From positions 75,387 through 139,386 of the forward strand of contig JAFGSJ010000051.1 of NCBI GenBank assembly GCA_016934675.1: DNA of 64,000 nucleotides. The letters run 5' to 3'. Below the pieces are notes generated by a model. The model did not search any database, was not told where the DNA came from, and saw nothing but the letters and a program-made list of their open reading frames with translations. Below, in pieces: positions 47,798 through 57,185 of this stretch. Both the position numbers and the translations under genes were made by a program. This stretch comes from a bacterium (GTDB taxonomy: Bacteria; CSSED10-310; JAFGSJ01). How positions within the stretch are numbered: position 1 is the stretch's first letter; each line of letters opens with the position of its first letter.

Positions 47798-49654
47798 ATG
47801 AGTGATCATATTGGACATCAGGAACTGGCCAGATTAGCCGATTTCATCAAGAAATCGCTCCATGGTCCGAATATAGAAACGATGACTATGAGCGAATTAC
47901 GGAGCGAGTCTTTACCATTCGGTGTGCGAACGAAATATGGCTCACATGTTTTTCGTTCAGCGATTTCGAGTCGAATTGGACCGAAGACAGTGTATCTCGG
48001 TTCTCCTCGGATTCGATTGTCGCGACCATCGGACCTTCATCAATCGATCATATCCAAAGCCCCGGAGGAGTTGGATAAGGTTATTCACTTGTTATCGACC
48101 CTGCCGTTTGTTCATATACGGCGTCAGATGGGCAATAACGATGTCTTTAATCCGATCTGCAATTTGTACATCTCAGTCGCTGACCGCAAGAATCTCCGGC
48201 TGGCCTATATGTGGGCGAATACGATGTTCAAGCCTTCAAAACGGCCCGGTCCCGAAGTAACGATGATCCATATACCGGAGGAGCACCTTTTACGTCAACA
48301 GGTTCTGGCTATTCCGGAGCATAATATCAATGTTGCCCTGGGGACTGACTATATGGGGGAGGACAAGAAGGGCTTTTTGCGACAATCAATGTGGCGAGCC
48401 GATGAGAGTGGCATGCTCGGATTGCATGCCGGCACGAAAATGGTGACGGTCCGTGATGCCCGCACTCAGAATCTGATGCGCTATGGTGTCTTTTTGTTTG
48501 GTTTGAGTGCGACCGGAAAATCGACCTGGTCATGTCATCAACTTGGTCTGAACACTAAACTCGGTGAAGAGACCTTTGTCACCCAAGACGATGTTGTTTT
48601 TCTGCGGGATGACGGCGGCGCTTTAGGCACGGAAGATAATTTCTTTGTCAAGACCGATGTGGCACCGGACCTTCAGGAAGCCATGTACAACGCTCTCATA
48701 CACTCAAGTGCTCTGATGGAGAATGTCCTGGTCAATTCAAAGGGGTACCCTGATTTCCTGGATGAAAGTTTGTGCGGTAATGGCCGGGCAGTCATTCAAC
48801 GCCGCCAATTAAAAGTCAAATCGGGCTGGGGCAAAAAGAAAATTTACACGAAATCCATCAATTTGCCACCACTGTCCGAGCTTGATGGCCTTATTTTTGC
48901 CTTTATCACCAGACGAAATACGATCATGCCCTTTGCCCAGCGATTGACCCCGGAACAAGGAGTACTGGCTTATCTCTGGGGAGAATCATCACACAGTTTC
49001 GCCTCCGAACCGGATAAAGCCGGAGAATCGGTTCGCACTGTTGGCACAGACCCTTTTATAATCGGTTCCCGGGCCAAAAAAGTGAACAGGTTTTATGAAA
49101 TCATGAAAAAATTGACCGAGACCTATCCGGGCAAGGTCCACTGTATGCAATATAACACAGGCGGTGTGGGTGAAATTATCGAGACCACGGTCAAAGATGG
49201 CAAAAAGACTAAGAATGTCATCCGTAAAGTCCAGCGTGTGCCCATTGATCTGATGGCGGCGATCCAGCGCGGTGATCTCCGTGGCACGAATAAATATGAA
49301 CTTGGCAAGCTGGGCACTGAATATATCAGCGAAGTCGCCGATCATGATATTTCAGCATATAATGTCAACAAGCTCTATTCTCAGGAGCAGATTGATGGTT
49401 ATATCGAGGAACTGGTCAAAGGTCGTAAAAAATTCACCGAAGAGATCGCCAGCGAGGGTCTGATGCCGGAAATAATCAAGGAAGCCGAGCGTTCTTTCGA
49501 GGTGAGTCCTCGGAAACATCAGTTTAAGGGAATGACCTCTACGCCCCCCCGAATAACCCAGGAAAAAGAAATTCTTCTCCGTAAACCCGAATTTGAAAAT
49601 GTGGTACCATGGTCAAGAATTCCACGACCTCCAAGGGACAAAAGCCGGTATTGA
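47798..49654 (+). CDS. Phosphoenolpyruvate carboxykinase (ATP)-like protein. It is divergent and has a C-terminal extension.
   Basis: Kinase-1a-like P-loop GLSATGKSTWS (compare PckA GLSGTGKTTLS). Length 618 aa. The assignment is tentative. Confidence 0.5.
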   Translation: MSDHIGHQELARLADFIKKSLHGPNIETMTMSELRSESLPFGVRTKYGSHVFRSAISSRIGPKTVYLGSPRIRLSRPSDLHQSIISKAPEELDKVIHLLSTLPFVHIRRQMGNNDVFNPICNLYISVADRKNLRLAYMWANTMFKPSKRPGPEVTMIHIPEEHLLRQQVLAIPEHNINVALGTDYMGEDKKGFLRQSMWRADESGMLGLHAGTKMVTVRDARTQNLMRYGVFLFGLSATGKSTWSCHQLGLNTKLGEETFVTQDDVVFLRDDGGALGTEDNFFVKTDVAPDLQEAMYNALIHSSALMENVLVNSKGYPDFLDESLCGNGRAVIQRRQLKVKSGWGKKKIYTKSINLPPLSELDGLIFAFITRRNTIMPFAQRLTPEQGVLAYLWGESSHSFASEPDKAGESVRTVGTDPFIIGSRAKKVNRFYEIMKKLTETYPGKVHCMQYNTGGVGEIIETTVKDGKKTKNVIRKVQRVPIDLMAAIQRGDLRGTNKYELGKLGTEYISEVADHDISAYNVNKLYSQEQIDGYIEELVKGRKKFTEEIASEGLMPEIIKEAERSFEVSPRKHQFKGMTSTPPRITQEKEILLRKPEFENVVPWSRIPRPPRDKSRY

Positions 49655-49749
49655 TTCTTTCTGATCCTGACGGGATGTTTACTCTGGGTGTGTTGAGATT
49701 CTAAATTTAAGGCAACTTTTCTCGAAAGTAGGAAGCAAGGAGCGGACTA

Positions 49750-50679
49750 ATGGAAAATGTGATCATAATCGGGACTGGTCCGGCAGGATTGACAGCAGCT
49801 ATTTATGCGGGCAGGGCCCAATTATCCCCGCTCGTCATTACTGGAAAAGATGTAGGTGGACAAATAACGCTGACCAGCGATATTGAAAACTATCCGGGCT
49901 TCCCCGAAGGAATCAACGGATTTGAGTTAGCCACACGTTTTCAACAACAAGCGGAACGGTTTGGGGCCCGGACTGAAAGGGCCGTCATCACCGGTGTCGA
50001 TTTCCAGCACCAGCCTTTAACCGTCAAAACCGATTCCGGAACGTTACAAGCAAACGCGGTTATTATCGCAACAGGTTCCTCACCCCGCCGTCTCGGAGTC
50101 CCCGGTGAAGACAGACTTCTATCGAGAGGTGTCTCGTACTGCGCGACCTGTGACGGTTTTTTCTTTAAAAACAAAAAAATAGCCGTGGTCGGTGGTGGAG
50201 ACAGCGCCCTGGATGAGGGTCTTTTCCTGACCAAATTTGGCCGAGAAGTTGTGATAATCCATAGACGCGACCGCTTGAGAGCTAATTCACTCCTCCAAAG
50301 AAGGGCACACGAGAACACAAAAATGAGTTTCATGTTGGAGACAATCGTGACGGAAGTCATTGGTGGTCAACATGTGGAAGCATTAAGGGTGAAAAATGTA
50401 AAAACTGAAAAAGAGGAAACGGTCACCTTTGATGGAGTATTCGTTTTTATCGGGCATATTCCCAATACACAAGCATTTCAGGGGCAGCTCGATCTCGATG
50501 ACAACGGTTATCTTATTGTTGACAGACATAGTCGGACAAATATCCCGGGCATATTCGGGGCCGGTGATGTCCACGATCATGTGTATCGTCAGGCCATTAC
50601 TGCGTCAGCAAGTGGGGCCATTGCCGCAATCGAAGCTGAAAAGTATCTGGCCGAACTGGAAGGAAAAGCTTATACCTAG
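49750..50679 (+). CDS. trxB: Thioredoxin-disulfide reductase
   Basis: FAD motif IIGTGPAG. Redox-active CATCDG (CxxC). NADPH motif GGGDSA. Length 309 aa. Confidence 0.85.
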   Translation: MENVIIIGTGPAGLTAAIYAGRAQLSPLVITGKDVGGQITLTSDIENYPGFPEGINGFELATRFQQQAERFGARTERAVITGVDFQHQPLTVKTDSGTLQANAVIIATGSSPRRLGVPGEDRLLSRGVSYCATCDGFFFKNKKIAVVGGGDSALDEGLFLTKFGREVVIIHRRDRLRANSLLQRRAHENTKMSFMLETIVTEVIGGQHVEALRVKNVKTEKEETVTFDGVFVFIGHIPNTQAFQGQLDLDDNGYLIVDRHSRTNIPGIFGAGDVHDHVYRQAITASASGAIAAIEAEKYLAELEGKAYT

Positions 50680-50736
50680 ACCCTCTGGATGAACCAGGTT
50701 CTTTGAGCCGAATCCGGTTCGTTTCAATAAAGAGTA

Positions 50737-50988
50737 TCAATGCTTATCGAGAATATCCACCAGTACCTCGTGGGGAACAACCATCATCGTGTCAGTATTG
50801 GCAATGCCTCGCATGCGATTGATCTTGAGAATGGTGCGTGAAATAGCTTCATAATCCTCTTCTTCGACGGCAATCATGAGATCATAATTGCCGAACAAAG
50901 GCAGAACTTGAAATGTTTTTTTCAGTTCGAGGTAAGCTTCTTTCGCGTTTTCTCTTTCGAATTTGGCCAAAATGACTGCACGGGTCAT
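50737..50988 (-). CDS. Stand-alone Lrp/AsnC ligand-binding (RAM) domain protein
   Basis: 83 aa beta-alpha-beta-beta-alpha-beta-type pattern (AVILAKF...LMIAVEEEDYEAI...) typical of the AsnC C-terminal domain. Confidence 0.45.
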   Translation of the reverse strand: MTRAVILAKFERENAKEAYLELKKTFQVLPLFGNYDLMIAVEEEDYEAISRTILKINRMRGIANTDTMMVVPHEVLVDILDKH

Positions 50989-51047
50989 GGATAGACTCCT
51001 TTAAATGAAAGTTTGTACTCATCCTAATCGATACTGGAGAAACCCGA

Positions 51048-51557
51048 TCATTCTCCTGGAGGGATTTGATCGGGTATTTTTTTGTTTTTTTGTTGTGACT
51101 TGTGAGTCTCCTGGTAGACCCGTTCAAGTGCGCTCAGGCGTAAATCAAAACTGAGCAATTTATTGAAAACAAAATCGATATCATCCTCGACTTTCGTCAG
51201 AGCTCGCGAGCGACGTTTCAGAATAATATCCGTGGTACTTTCATCAAACTCCCGCTCCCTTTTCGGTTCACTGCTTTGGTCCGGCTCAATACCTTCTTCG
51301 GTCACCAGAATGATTTGACTAAAAGGTGGCAGCAGGGCTAATCTGAGCTTGTCGGCATTGCTTTTAACGGTAATGACCTTAAGGGATTCGAGTCGTTGCA
51401 TCCAGGCAGACAGGGTACTGACAGTCACGCCCAGAGCTTCAGCGAGGGGCTGTGAGCCGGCACTGAAGCTCTTGGTACCGATATCGCACTGTAAAAGCAA
51501 AAAAAACAGCAGTCGCCAGGAAGCACCGATCGCTTTGAGTAAGTCCGGGTTAGTCAA
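51048..51557 (-). CDS. AsnC-type HTH domain protein with a non-RAM C-terminal extension
   Basis: LLQCDIGTKSFSAGSQPLAEALGVTVSTLSAWMQRLESLKVIT fits the HTH_AsnC pattern. It is followed by a charged tail. It sits immediately upstream of the RAM-only gene. Confidence 0.35.
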   Translation of the reverse strand: MTNPDLLKAIGASWRLLFFLLLQCDIGTKSFSAGSQPLAEALGVTVSTLSAWMQRLESLKVITVKSNADKLRLALLPPFSQIILVTEEGIEPDQSSEPKREREFDESTTDIILKRRSRALTKVEDDIDFVFNKLLSFDLRLSALERVYQETHKSQQKNKKIPDQIPPGE

Positions 51558-51613
51558 CGGTTCTCTGACATCAAATCGAGGCAGAGTATGCTCCTTTGAT
51601 CGAGTATCAGGGA

Positions 51614-52834
51614 CTATTTAATTTTTTGGAAAACAGTTTTTATAATAGATACAGCTTGATTCAGTTGTCGTTCGGTAATAATCAGAGGCGGTGCGAAACG
51701 AATGATATTGCCATGCGTTTGTTTAGCCAGGAGCCCATGATCTTTGAGAGCGACACAGACATCCCAGGCCTGAAAATTTTTATCGAAGACGACGGCATTA
51801 AGTAAACCCTTACCGCGAACCAGTTGCATGCGAGGACAGCGTATTTTCTTCATTTTTTCCCGGAAAATGATACCCAAACGTTCGGCGTTATCAGCCAGTT
51901 TTTCGTCATCCAAGACTCGTAAAGCTTCACGGGCAACGGCACAAGCGAGTGGGTTGCCGCCGAAAGTCGAGCCGTGTGTTCCGGGAGTAAACACATCCAT
52001 GACCTTACGTTGGGCCACAACTGCTGAAACCGGGAAAACACCTCCACCCAAGGCTTTACCTAAAGTCATCACATCCGGTTTGACATTCTCGTGATCGCAA
52101 GCGAATTTTTTGCCTGTGCGACAGAATCCGGTTTGGATTTCATCGGCGATCATGAGCACATTATTTTTAGTACAAATCTGGCGAACAGCTTTGAGATAAC
52201 CGGCATCGGGAACATTGACCCCAGCTTCGCCCTGGATTGGTTCGACCAGAAAGGCACATGTGTTCGGAGTAATTGCTTTGCGCAAGGCTTCGGGATCGTT
52301 GTAGGGGATGATTATAAAACCCGGTGCGTATGGTCCGTAATTGATCCGGGCATCAGGATCGGTTGAAAAAGAAATGATCGTAATAGTCCGACCATGAAAA
52401 TTCTCGGCACAGACGATGATTTCCTGTTGACCGTCTTTTATACCCTTTTTCTCGACACCCCAGCGACGGGCCATCTTCATTGCTGTCTCGACCGCCTCTG
52501 CTCCAGTGTTCATCGGTAAAGCCATCTCATAGCCCGTATATTCGCATAGTTCTTTTAAAAAGATACCCAACAGATCGTTGTGAAAGGCACGGGAAGTCAA
52601 AGTCAATCGTTTGCACTGGTCCTTGAGAGCCGAGATGATACGCGGATGCAAATGGCCCTGATTCACGGCCGAATAAGCTGAGAGAAAATCCATATATCGT
52701 TTGCCTTCAGGATCAGTTAACCAAATACCTTTGCCCTTGGACAAAACGACGGGAAGCGGATGATAGTTATGAGCACCATACTTTTCGGTTGTTTTAATGA
52801 TTTCCTGTGTACTAGACATGAGTGACTCCTTCAA
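51614..52834 (-). CDS. rocD: Ornithine aminotransferase (class III PLP-dependent aminotransferase)
   Basis: N-terminal YGAHNYHPLPVVL signature of ornithine-oxo-acid transaminases. Length 406 aa. Confidence 0.8.
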   Translation of the reverse strand: MKESLMSSTQEIIKTTEKYGAHNYHPLPVVLSKGKGIWLTDPEGKRYMDFLSAYSAVNQGHLHPRIISALKDQCKRLTLTSRAFHNDLLGIFLKELCEYTGYEMALPMNTGAEAVETAMKMARRWGVEKKGIKDGQQEIIVCAENFHGRTITIISFSTDPDARINYGPYAPGFIIIPYNDPEALRKAITPNTCAFLVEPIQGEAGVNVPDAGYLKAVRQICTKNNVLMIADEIQTGFCRTGKKFACDHENVKPDVMTLGKALGGGVFPVSAVVAQRKVMDVFTPGTHGSTFGGNPLACAVAREALRVLDDEKLADNAERLGIIFREKMKKIRCPRMQLVRGKGLLNAVVFDKNFQAWDVCVALKDHGLLAKQTHGNIIRFAPPLIITERQLNQAVSIIKTVFQKIK

Positions 52835-52977
52835 AAGAACAAGTGGTTCAAAATTTGAGCATCCTCGTACTCCATCAGTTATCAGCTTTCAGTTATTTCG
52901 CTGATCGTACCAAATCTCTTTCTATTTTATGCTGAACACATCTGAATATCAAGTCTCGTGATCAGGACATAACTGGA

Positions 52978-54381
52978 TTAAAAAAGCAGGGTAAAGGTCG
53001 TCTTCTGTCCAGGTATTGAATGGACAGAGATAGAGCCGTGAAGTAATCGCATGGCCTGTCGGGAGAAACTGAGTCCGATCCCGGAGCCCTCCTTTTTCGT
53101 TGTAAAGAAGGGTATGAAAATTTTTCCGATTGCCTCTGGGACAATACCCGGTCCATTATCCATGACCTGCATTTCGATTCGACCGCCCTCATTCATACGT
53201 GCTTGAAGTTCGATTCGAGGGTGGTCGCAGTCTCGCAAAGCATCCACTGCATTGTAGATCAAGTTTAACAGGACTTGCTCGAGCAGGGTCGGATCGGTCG
53301 TAATTTCCAGTGAGCGGGGTTCAATACTCCGAATAAACTCAACCGACATCTTGTTGAAGGTATTTTCCATAAGTTGTTGGACCCGGGCAAACAGATCGGA
53401 AACCTGGATTATTCTGAACTGAGGATTTGGAATCAGGGTCAGATTGCGATAATCCTTGACAAATTGCATCAAACCGAGACTCCGTTTATGGATCGTTCTC
53501 AAGGCGGAATTTATATCACGCATTTTTTCAACCTCCTCTTCGCTCTTGCCCATGCTTGGCTGCAACTGTATGGCATCGAGCAGGTCCACTGCCGTCGAGG
53601 ACAAAGAAGAAATGGGTGTCATTGAGTTCATTATTTCATGGGTCAGAACACGGATCAGGTTCTGCCAGGCTTCCGTTTCCATATCTTCAAGCTCACGATG
53701 AATATCCTGAAGTGAGACGAGAGTATATTTCTGATTCCGTAATCTGAATTCTGTCGAAAAAATCGATAAATGGATCTGTTCGCCACTCTCGGTCCTGAAT
53801 TTTACCAGCGCCTTGCTTCCGGGTCGCAGATGAAAAAGCGTATTGACCAGTTCCGGATTGTTTTCGGTCAGGACCTTTATGTTGCTCAATTGGGACACTT
53901 TCAAAATCTGTTTCGCCGTAGTATTCAAAAGATCCACCTTGCCATCGGACTGAAACGATAGCAGGCCGATACCAACATGGTGAATGACCGTCTGCAGGTA
54001 ACGATACTGTTCTTCCTTTTCAGCACGATTCTGTTGGAATTCACGAATGACCTCGCTAAATTCATGACTCAGTTCATCAAAGACGGGACCGAGACCGGTC
54101 AGGGCGAATGATTGAGAGAAGTCGGCGTGCCTGATTGCGTAAAGGAACCTGCCCAGATCACGATACGATTTTTCGATGAAACTGATGATTGTCCAGACCT
54201 GGTAAAAAGTTAGTCCAGCCACGATCAACATGGTTATATAAAGCGAAGTTCTCGAAATCAGATGCGCCAGGAGACAAATCGAGATTGAGATCAGGGCTAA
54301 ACGAATCAAGACCTGCAGTCGAAAATTTTTAACCAGTTTCATAATGCAATCCAGGTTGAGCTGAAATGATAAGGCTGCCAA
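52978..54381 (-). CDS. Sensor histidine kinase (NtrB-like partner of the adjacent sigma-54 response regulator)
   Basis: TM segments. H-box HEIMNSMTPI. N/G boxes (NAVDAL, DNGPGI, GSGIGLS). Confidence 0.75.
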   Translation of the reverse strand: MAALSFQLNLDCIMKLVKNFRLQVLIRLALISISICLLAHLISRTSLYITMLIVAGLTFYQVWTIISFIEKSYRDLGRFLYAIRHADFSQSFALTGLGPVFDELSHEFSEVIREFQQNRAEKEEQYRYLQTVIHHVGIGLLSFQSDGKVDLLNTTAKQILKVSQLSNIKVLTENNPELVNTLFHLRPGSKALVKFRTESGEQIHLSIFSTEFRLRNQKYTLVSLQDIHRELEDMETEAWQNLIRVLTHEIMNSMTPISSLSSTAVDLLDAIQLQPSMGKSEEEVEKMRDINSALRTIHKRSLGLMQFVKDYRNLTLIPNPQFRIIQVSDLFARVQQLMENTFNKMSVEFIRSIEPRSLEITTDPTLLEQVLLNLIYNAVDALRDCDHPRIELQARMNEGGRIEMQVMDNGPGIVPEAIGKIFIPFFTTKKEGSGIGLSFSRQAMRLLHGSISVHSIPGQKTTFTLLF

Positions 54382-54407
54382 GGGAAACCGTACGGTTTCG
54401 ACTTTAG

Positions 54408-55784
54408 CTACAAGCCATGTTTTTCCATACGACGATACAGGGAGGCACGAGTCAAACCCAGTTCCTGGGCCGTTTTGCTGATATTACCCAGGTATTTGTC
54501 CAAAGCCTTTTGAATGACACTTTTTTCGACTTCATCAAGATTGTAATTTTTTATAATCAGTTTTTCGTCGCGAATGTCCTTGTTCGGGAAAAAGAAATCA
54601 TCCGGTTGAAGCAGAGCAGACTCGCTCATGATAATCGCCCGTTCAAGGGCATGTTTCAATTCACGAACATTTCCTGGCCAGTGATAACTCAGCAGCTTTT
54701 TCATTGTGGTAGCGCTGACCCCCTGGACTTTCTTACTGTATTTCCGGGCATAATTCTTGAGAAAGTGATCGACCAGAAGTGGAATATCCTCAGCCCTTTC
54801 TCGGAGCGGTGGCAAAAAAATCTCGACCGTATTGATTCGGTAGAGCAGGTCCTGCCTGAATTCATTGTGGGCAACCATTTCATGGATTGGGACATTGGTA
54901 GCACAGATCAACCTGATATCAATATCGATGAATTTATTAGAACCGACCGGCGTAATCTGACGCGTTTCAAGTGCTTTCAGTATTTTGGATTGTAGACCAA
55001 GCGTCAAATTGCCGATTTCATCGAGAAAGAGTGTGCCACCCGAGGCCAATTCGAAGCGACCGCGCCGATCAGTTTTTGCATCAGTAAAGGCACCTTTAAC
55101 ATGGCCGAACAGTTCGCTCTCGAACAGGGTCTCGCTGATAGCACCCATATCCACACTGATAAAGACCTCGGCTGCCCGTGATGACTTCCGGTGCAAAGCC
55201 CGAGCCACCAATTCCTTGCCGGTACCATTTTCACCCAAGAGCAACACATTTGCATTGGTCCGGGCAACTTTTTCAATCGTACTGAACAGCTTTTGAACCG
55301 GTTGAGACGATCCGATAAATTCCGTAAACGGTAAATCAAGGTCTGCACTCAAAACCTGCTGACGCGACCGCAGGTTGTCAATCTCGAGACGTGACTGCCG
55401 CAAATTCAGGGCCGCTGATAATGTAGCCAGCAGTTTCTCATTCTGCCACGGCTTGAGCACAAAATCGCTCGCGCCCTCTTTCATGGCCTGAACAGCCAGG
55501 GATACATCACCATAGGCCGTGATCAAGACGACAACAGCGGCAGGGTCCAATGTCAGAATTTTCTGCAGCCAATGAATGCCTTCCTGACCACTGGTCATGT
55601 CCCGCGTGAAGTTCATATCCAGCAAAATGACATCAAAATTCTCCTGACGCATCAAGGTCGGTATCTTGCCCGGGTCACGTTCCGTCTGTACAAGAAGGAT
55701 GTGCTGCTTTAAAAAAAGCTGGGCCGCATGCAGCACATCCTCATCATCATCCACAACCAATACTTTTCCGCGTTTAATATCCAT
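54408..55784 (-). CDS. NtrC-family sigma-54-dependent response regulator (REC + AAA + HTH)
   Basis: REC (KVLVVDDDEDVL...DVILLDMNF). GENGTGKE and ESELFGHVKGAF motifs. C-terminal HTH. Start taken at the internal Met MDIKRGK. Confidence 0.85.
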   Translation of the reverse strand: MDIKRGKVLVVDDDEDVLHAAQLFLKQHILLVQTERDPGKIPTLMRQENFDVILLDMNFTRDMTSGQEGIHWLQKILTLDPAAVVVLITAYGDVSLAVQAMKEGASDFVLKPWQNEKLLATLSAALNLRQSRLEIDNLRSRQQVLSADLDLPFTEFIGSSQPVQKLFSTIEKVARTNANVLLLGENGTGKELVARALHRKSSRAAEVFISVDMGAISETLFESELFGHVKGAFTDAKTDRRGRFELASGGTLFLDEIGNLTLGLQSKILKALETRQITPVGSNKFIDIDIRLICATNVPIHEMVAHNEFRQDLLYRINTVEIFLPPLRERAEDIPLLVDHFLKNYARKYSKKVQGVSATTMKKLLSYHWPGNVRELKHALERAIIMSESALLQPDDFFFPNKDIRDEKLIIKNYNLDEVEKSVIQKALDKYLGNISKTAQELGLTRASLYRRMEKHGL

Positions 55785-56171
55785 GTCTTTCCTCTCATGA
55801 CGCGCATAATCAACTTTTCTTGTCTCAATAAAGAAAGCGTTACATTTTTCATGCCAGATCACCTGCATTCCCGATCAGAGCTTAAAATGGATGAGCGACC
55901 CTCCATTCCCCCCCCTTCCGATCTCTGACTTCAACTATCATAGTAGCACACAAGTGTCCGTTTTTGAACAGGTGGTGTCATGGAATCGGACAAAAACTGA
56001 ATGGAATTGTACTCCGTCTGATCATGCTGGAACCAGACCCATTTTCGGTGAAAGGCCTGATAAAGATTGAAGTTAGACACACATTCATGAAACGAATCAG
56101 AAATCTGGCACGCTCTTTGCTATAAAGACACCTGAAACCCATTAACGCATTCTCCTCTTCCATAATCCCCA

Positions 56172-56204
56172 CCCCCGAGGAGAGTTGATCACTCTCCTCG
56201 GGGG
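56172..56204. other. Perfect 13-bp GC-rich hairpin (CCCCCGAGGAGAG-TTGATCA-CTCTCCTCGGGGG). A 10-bp palindrome GGGGTACCCC partly overlaps its 3' end. Both lie in the divergent intergenic region.
   Basis: Read directly from the sequence. It lies between the divergently oriented NtrC-like gene and the ABC ATPase gene. Confidence 0.5.
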
Positions 56205-56302
56205 TACCCCCTTTCAGCACTGGAATGAACAGTCAGCGTTACATATTTCCTGATGCGCTGGTCTACCTGGGCAGAGAGTGATATGATTCAATACAATAGT
56301 GA

Positions 56303-57022
56303 TTGAACCGCGATCGAGAGTGGGCCACTGAGATGATCGTCACCAAAGACCTGAACAAGACCTACATCATTGAAGACATTGAAACTACAGCCCTGAAGAA
56401 CATCAATCTTACAATACACCGGGGTGAATTCGTTGCAGTCATGGGACCATCCGGTTGCGGGAAGACGACCCTTCTTAATGTGCTGGGTTTATTGGATGTG
56501 CCCAGTGAGGGTGAGCACTATTTTCAAAGTCAGGAAGTGTCCCAATTATCCGAGCGGGACCGGGCTGCTATCCGCAAGTCGAACATAGGTTTCGTGTTTC
56601 AGAGTTTCAATTTGATCATGGAATTGTCCGTCTACGAGAACATTGAATTGCCATTAGTATATTTACATCTTCCTTTATCGGAGCGGCGTGAGAGGGTACT
56701 CGAGATCATGGATCGGCTCCAGTTATCGACGCGAGGACGATATTTTCCACAGCAATTGTCCGGTGGCCAACAGCAGAGAGTGGCTGTGGCCCGTGCAATT
56801 GTAGGCAATCCATCCCTTCTCTTAGCTGATGAACCCACCGGTAATCTTGATTCTCAGAATGGCAGGGAAATAATGGAATTATTGACCAAGCTCAATGAAA
56901 TGGGTACAACAATCATCATGGTGACGCACTCGATAACGCTGGCCGATTACGGTCAACGGATCATCCATTTATTTGACGGCCATGTGGTCACGGAAAACAT
57001 GAAAGACCAATTAATGTTCTGA
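56303..57022 (+). CDS. ABC transporter ATP-binding protein (MacB/LolD-type)
   Basis: Walker [10 protein letters not shown]. Signature [14 protein letters not shown]. Walker [13 protein letters not shown]. Confidence 0.85.
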   Translation: MNRDREWATEMIVTKDLNKTYIIEDIETTALKNINLTIHRGEFVAVMGPSGCGKTTLLNVLGLLDVPSEGEHYFQSQEVSQLSERDRAAIRKSNIGFVFQSFNLIMELSVYENIELPLVYLHLPLSERRERVLEIMDRLQLSTRGRYFPQQLSGGQQQRVAVARAIVGNPSLLLADEPTGNLDSQNGREIMELLTKLNEMGTTIIMVTHSITLADYGQRIIHLFDGHVVTENMKDQLMF

Positions 57023-57068
57023 TTGGAAAGAACATAACTTCGCCCTTTGATTAATGAAAAGAAAAGCA

Positions 57069-57126
57069 CCACAGATGCCACAGATATAAAATCTGAGTAA
57101 TCTGTGAAATCTGTGAAATCTGTGAT
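57069..57126. promoter_or_regulatory. Iteron-like array: two CACAGAT copies, then four tandem 9-mers ATCTG[A/T]G[T/A]A in inverted orientation
   Basis: CCACAGATGCCACAGATATAAAATCTGAGTAATCTGTGAAATCTGTGAAATCTGTGAT. It lies between the ABC ATPase stop and the permease start. Confidence 0.4.
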
Positions 57127-57185
57127 GATCTTTTATTTTTCATCTAAAACTTTGAAATTCCGATACATGAAGTTGTTTTGGGAAG

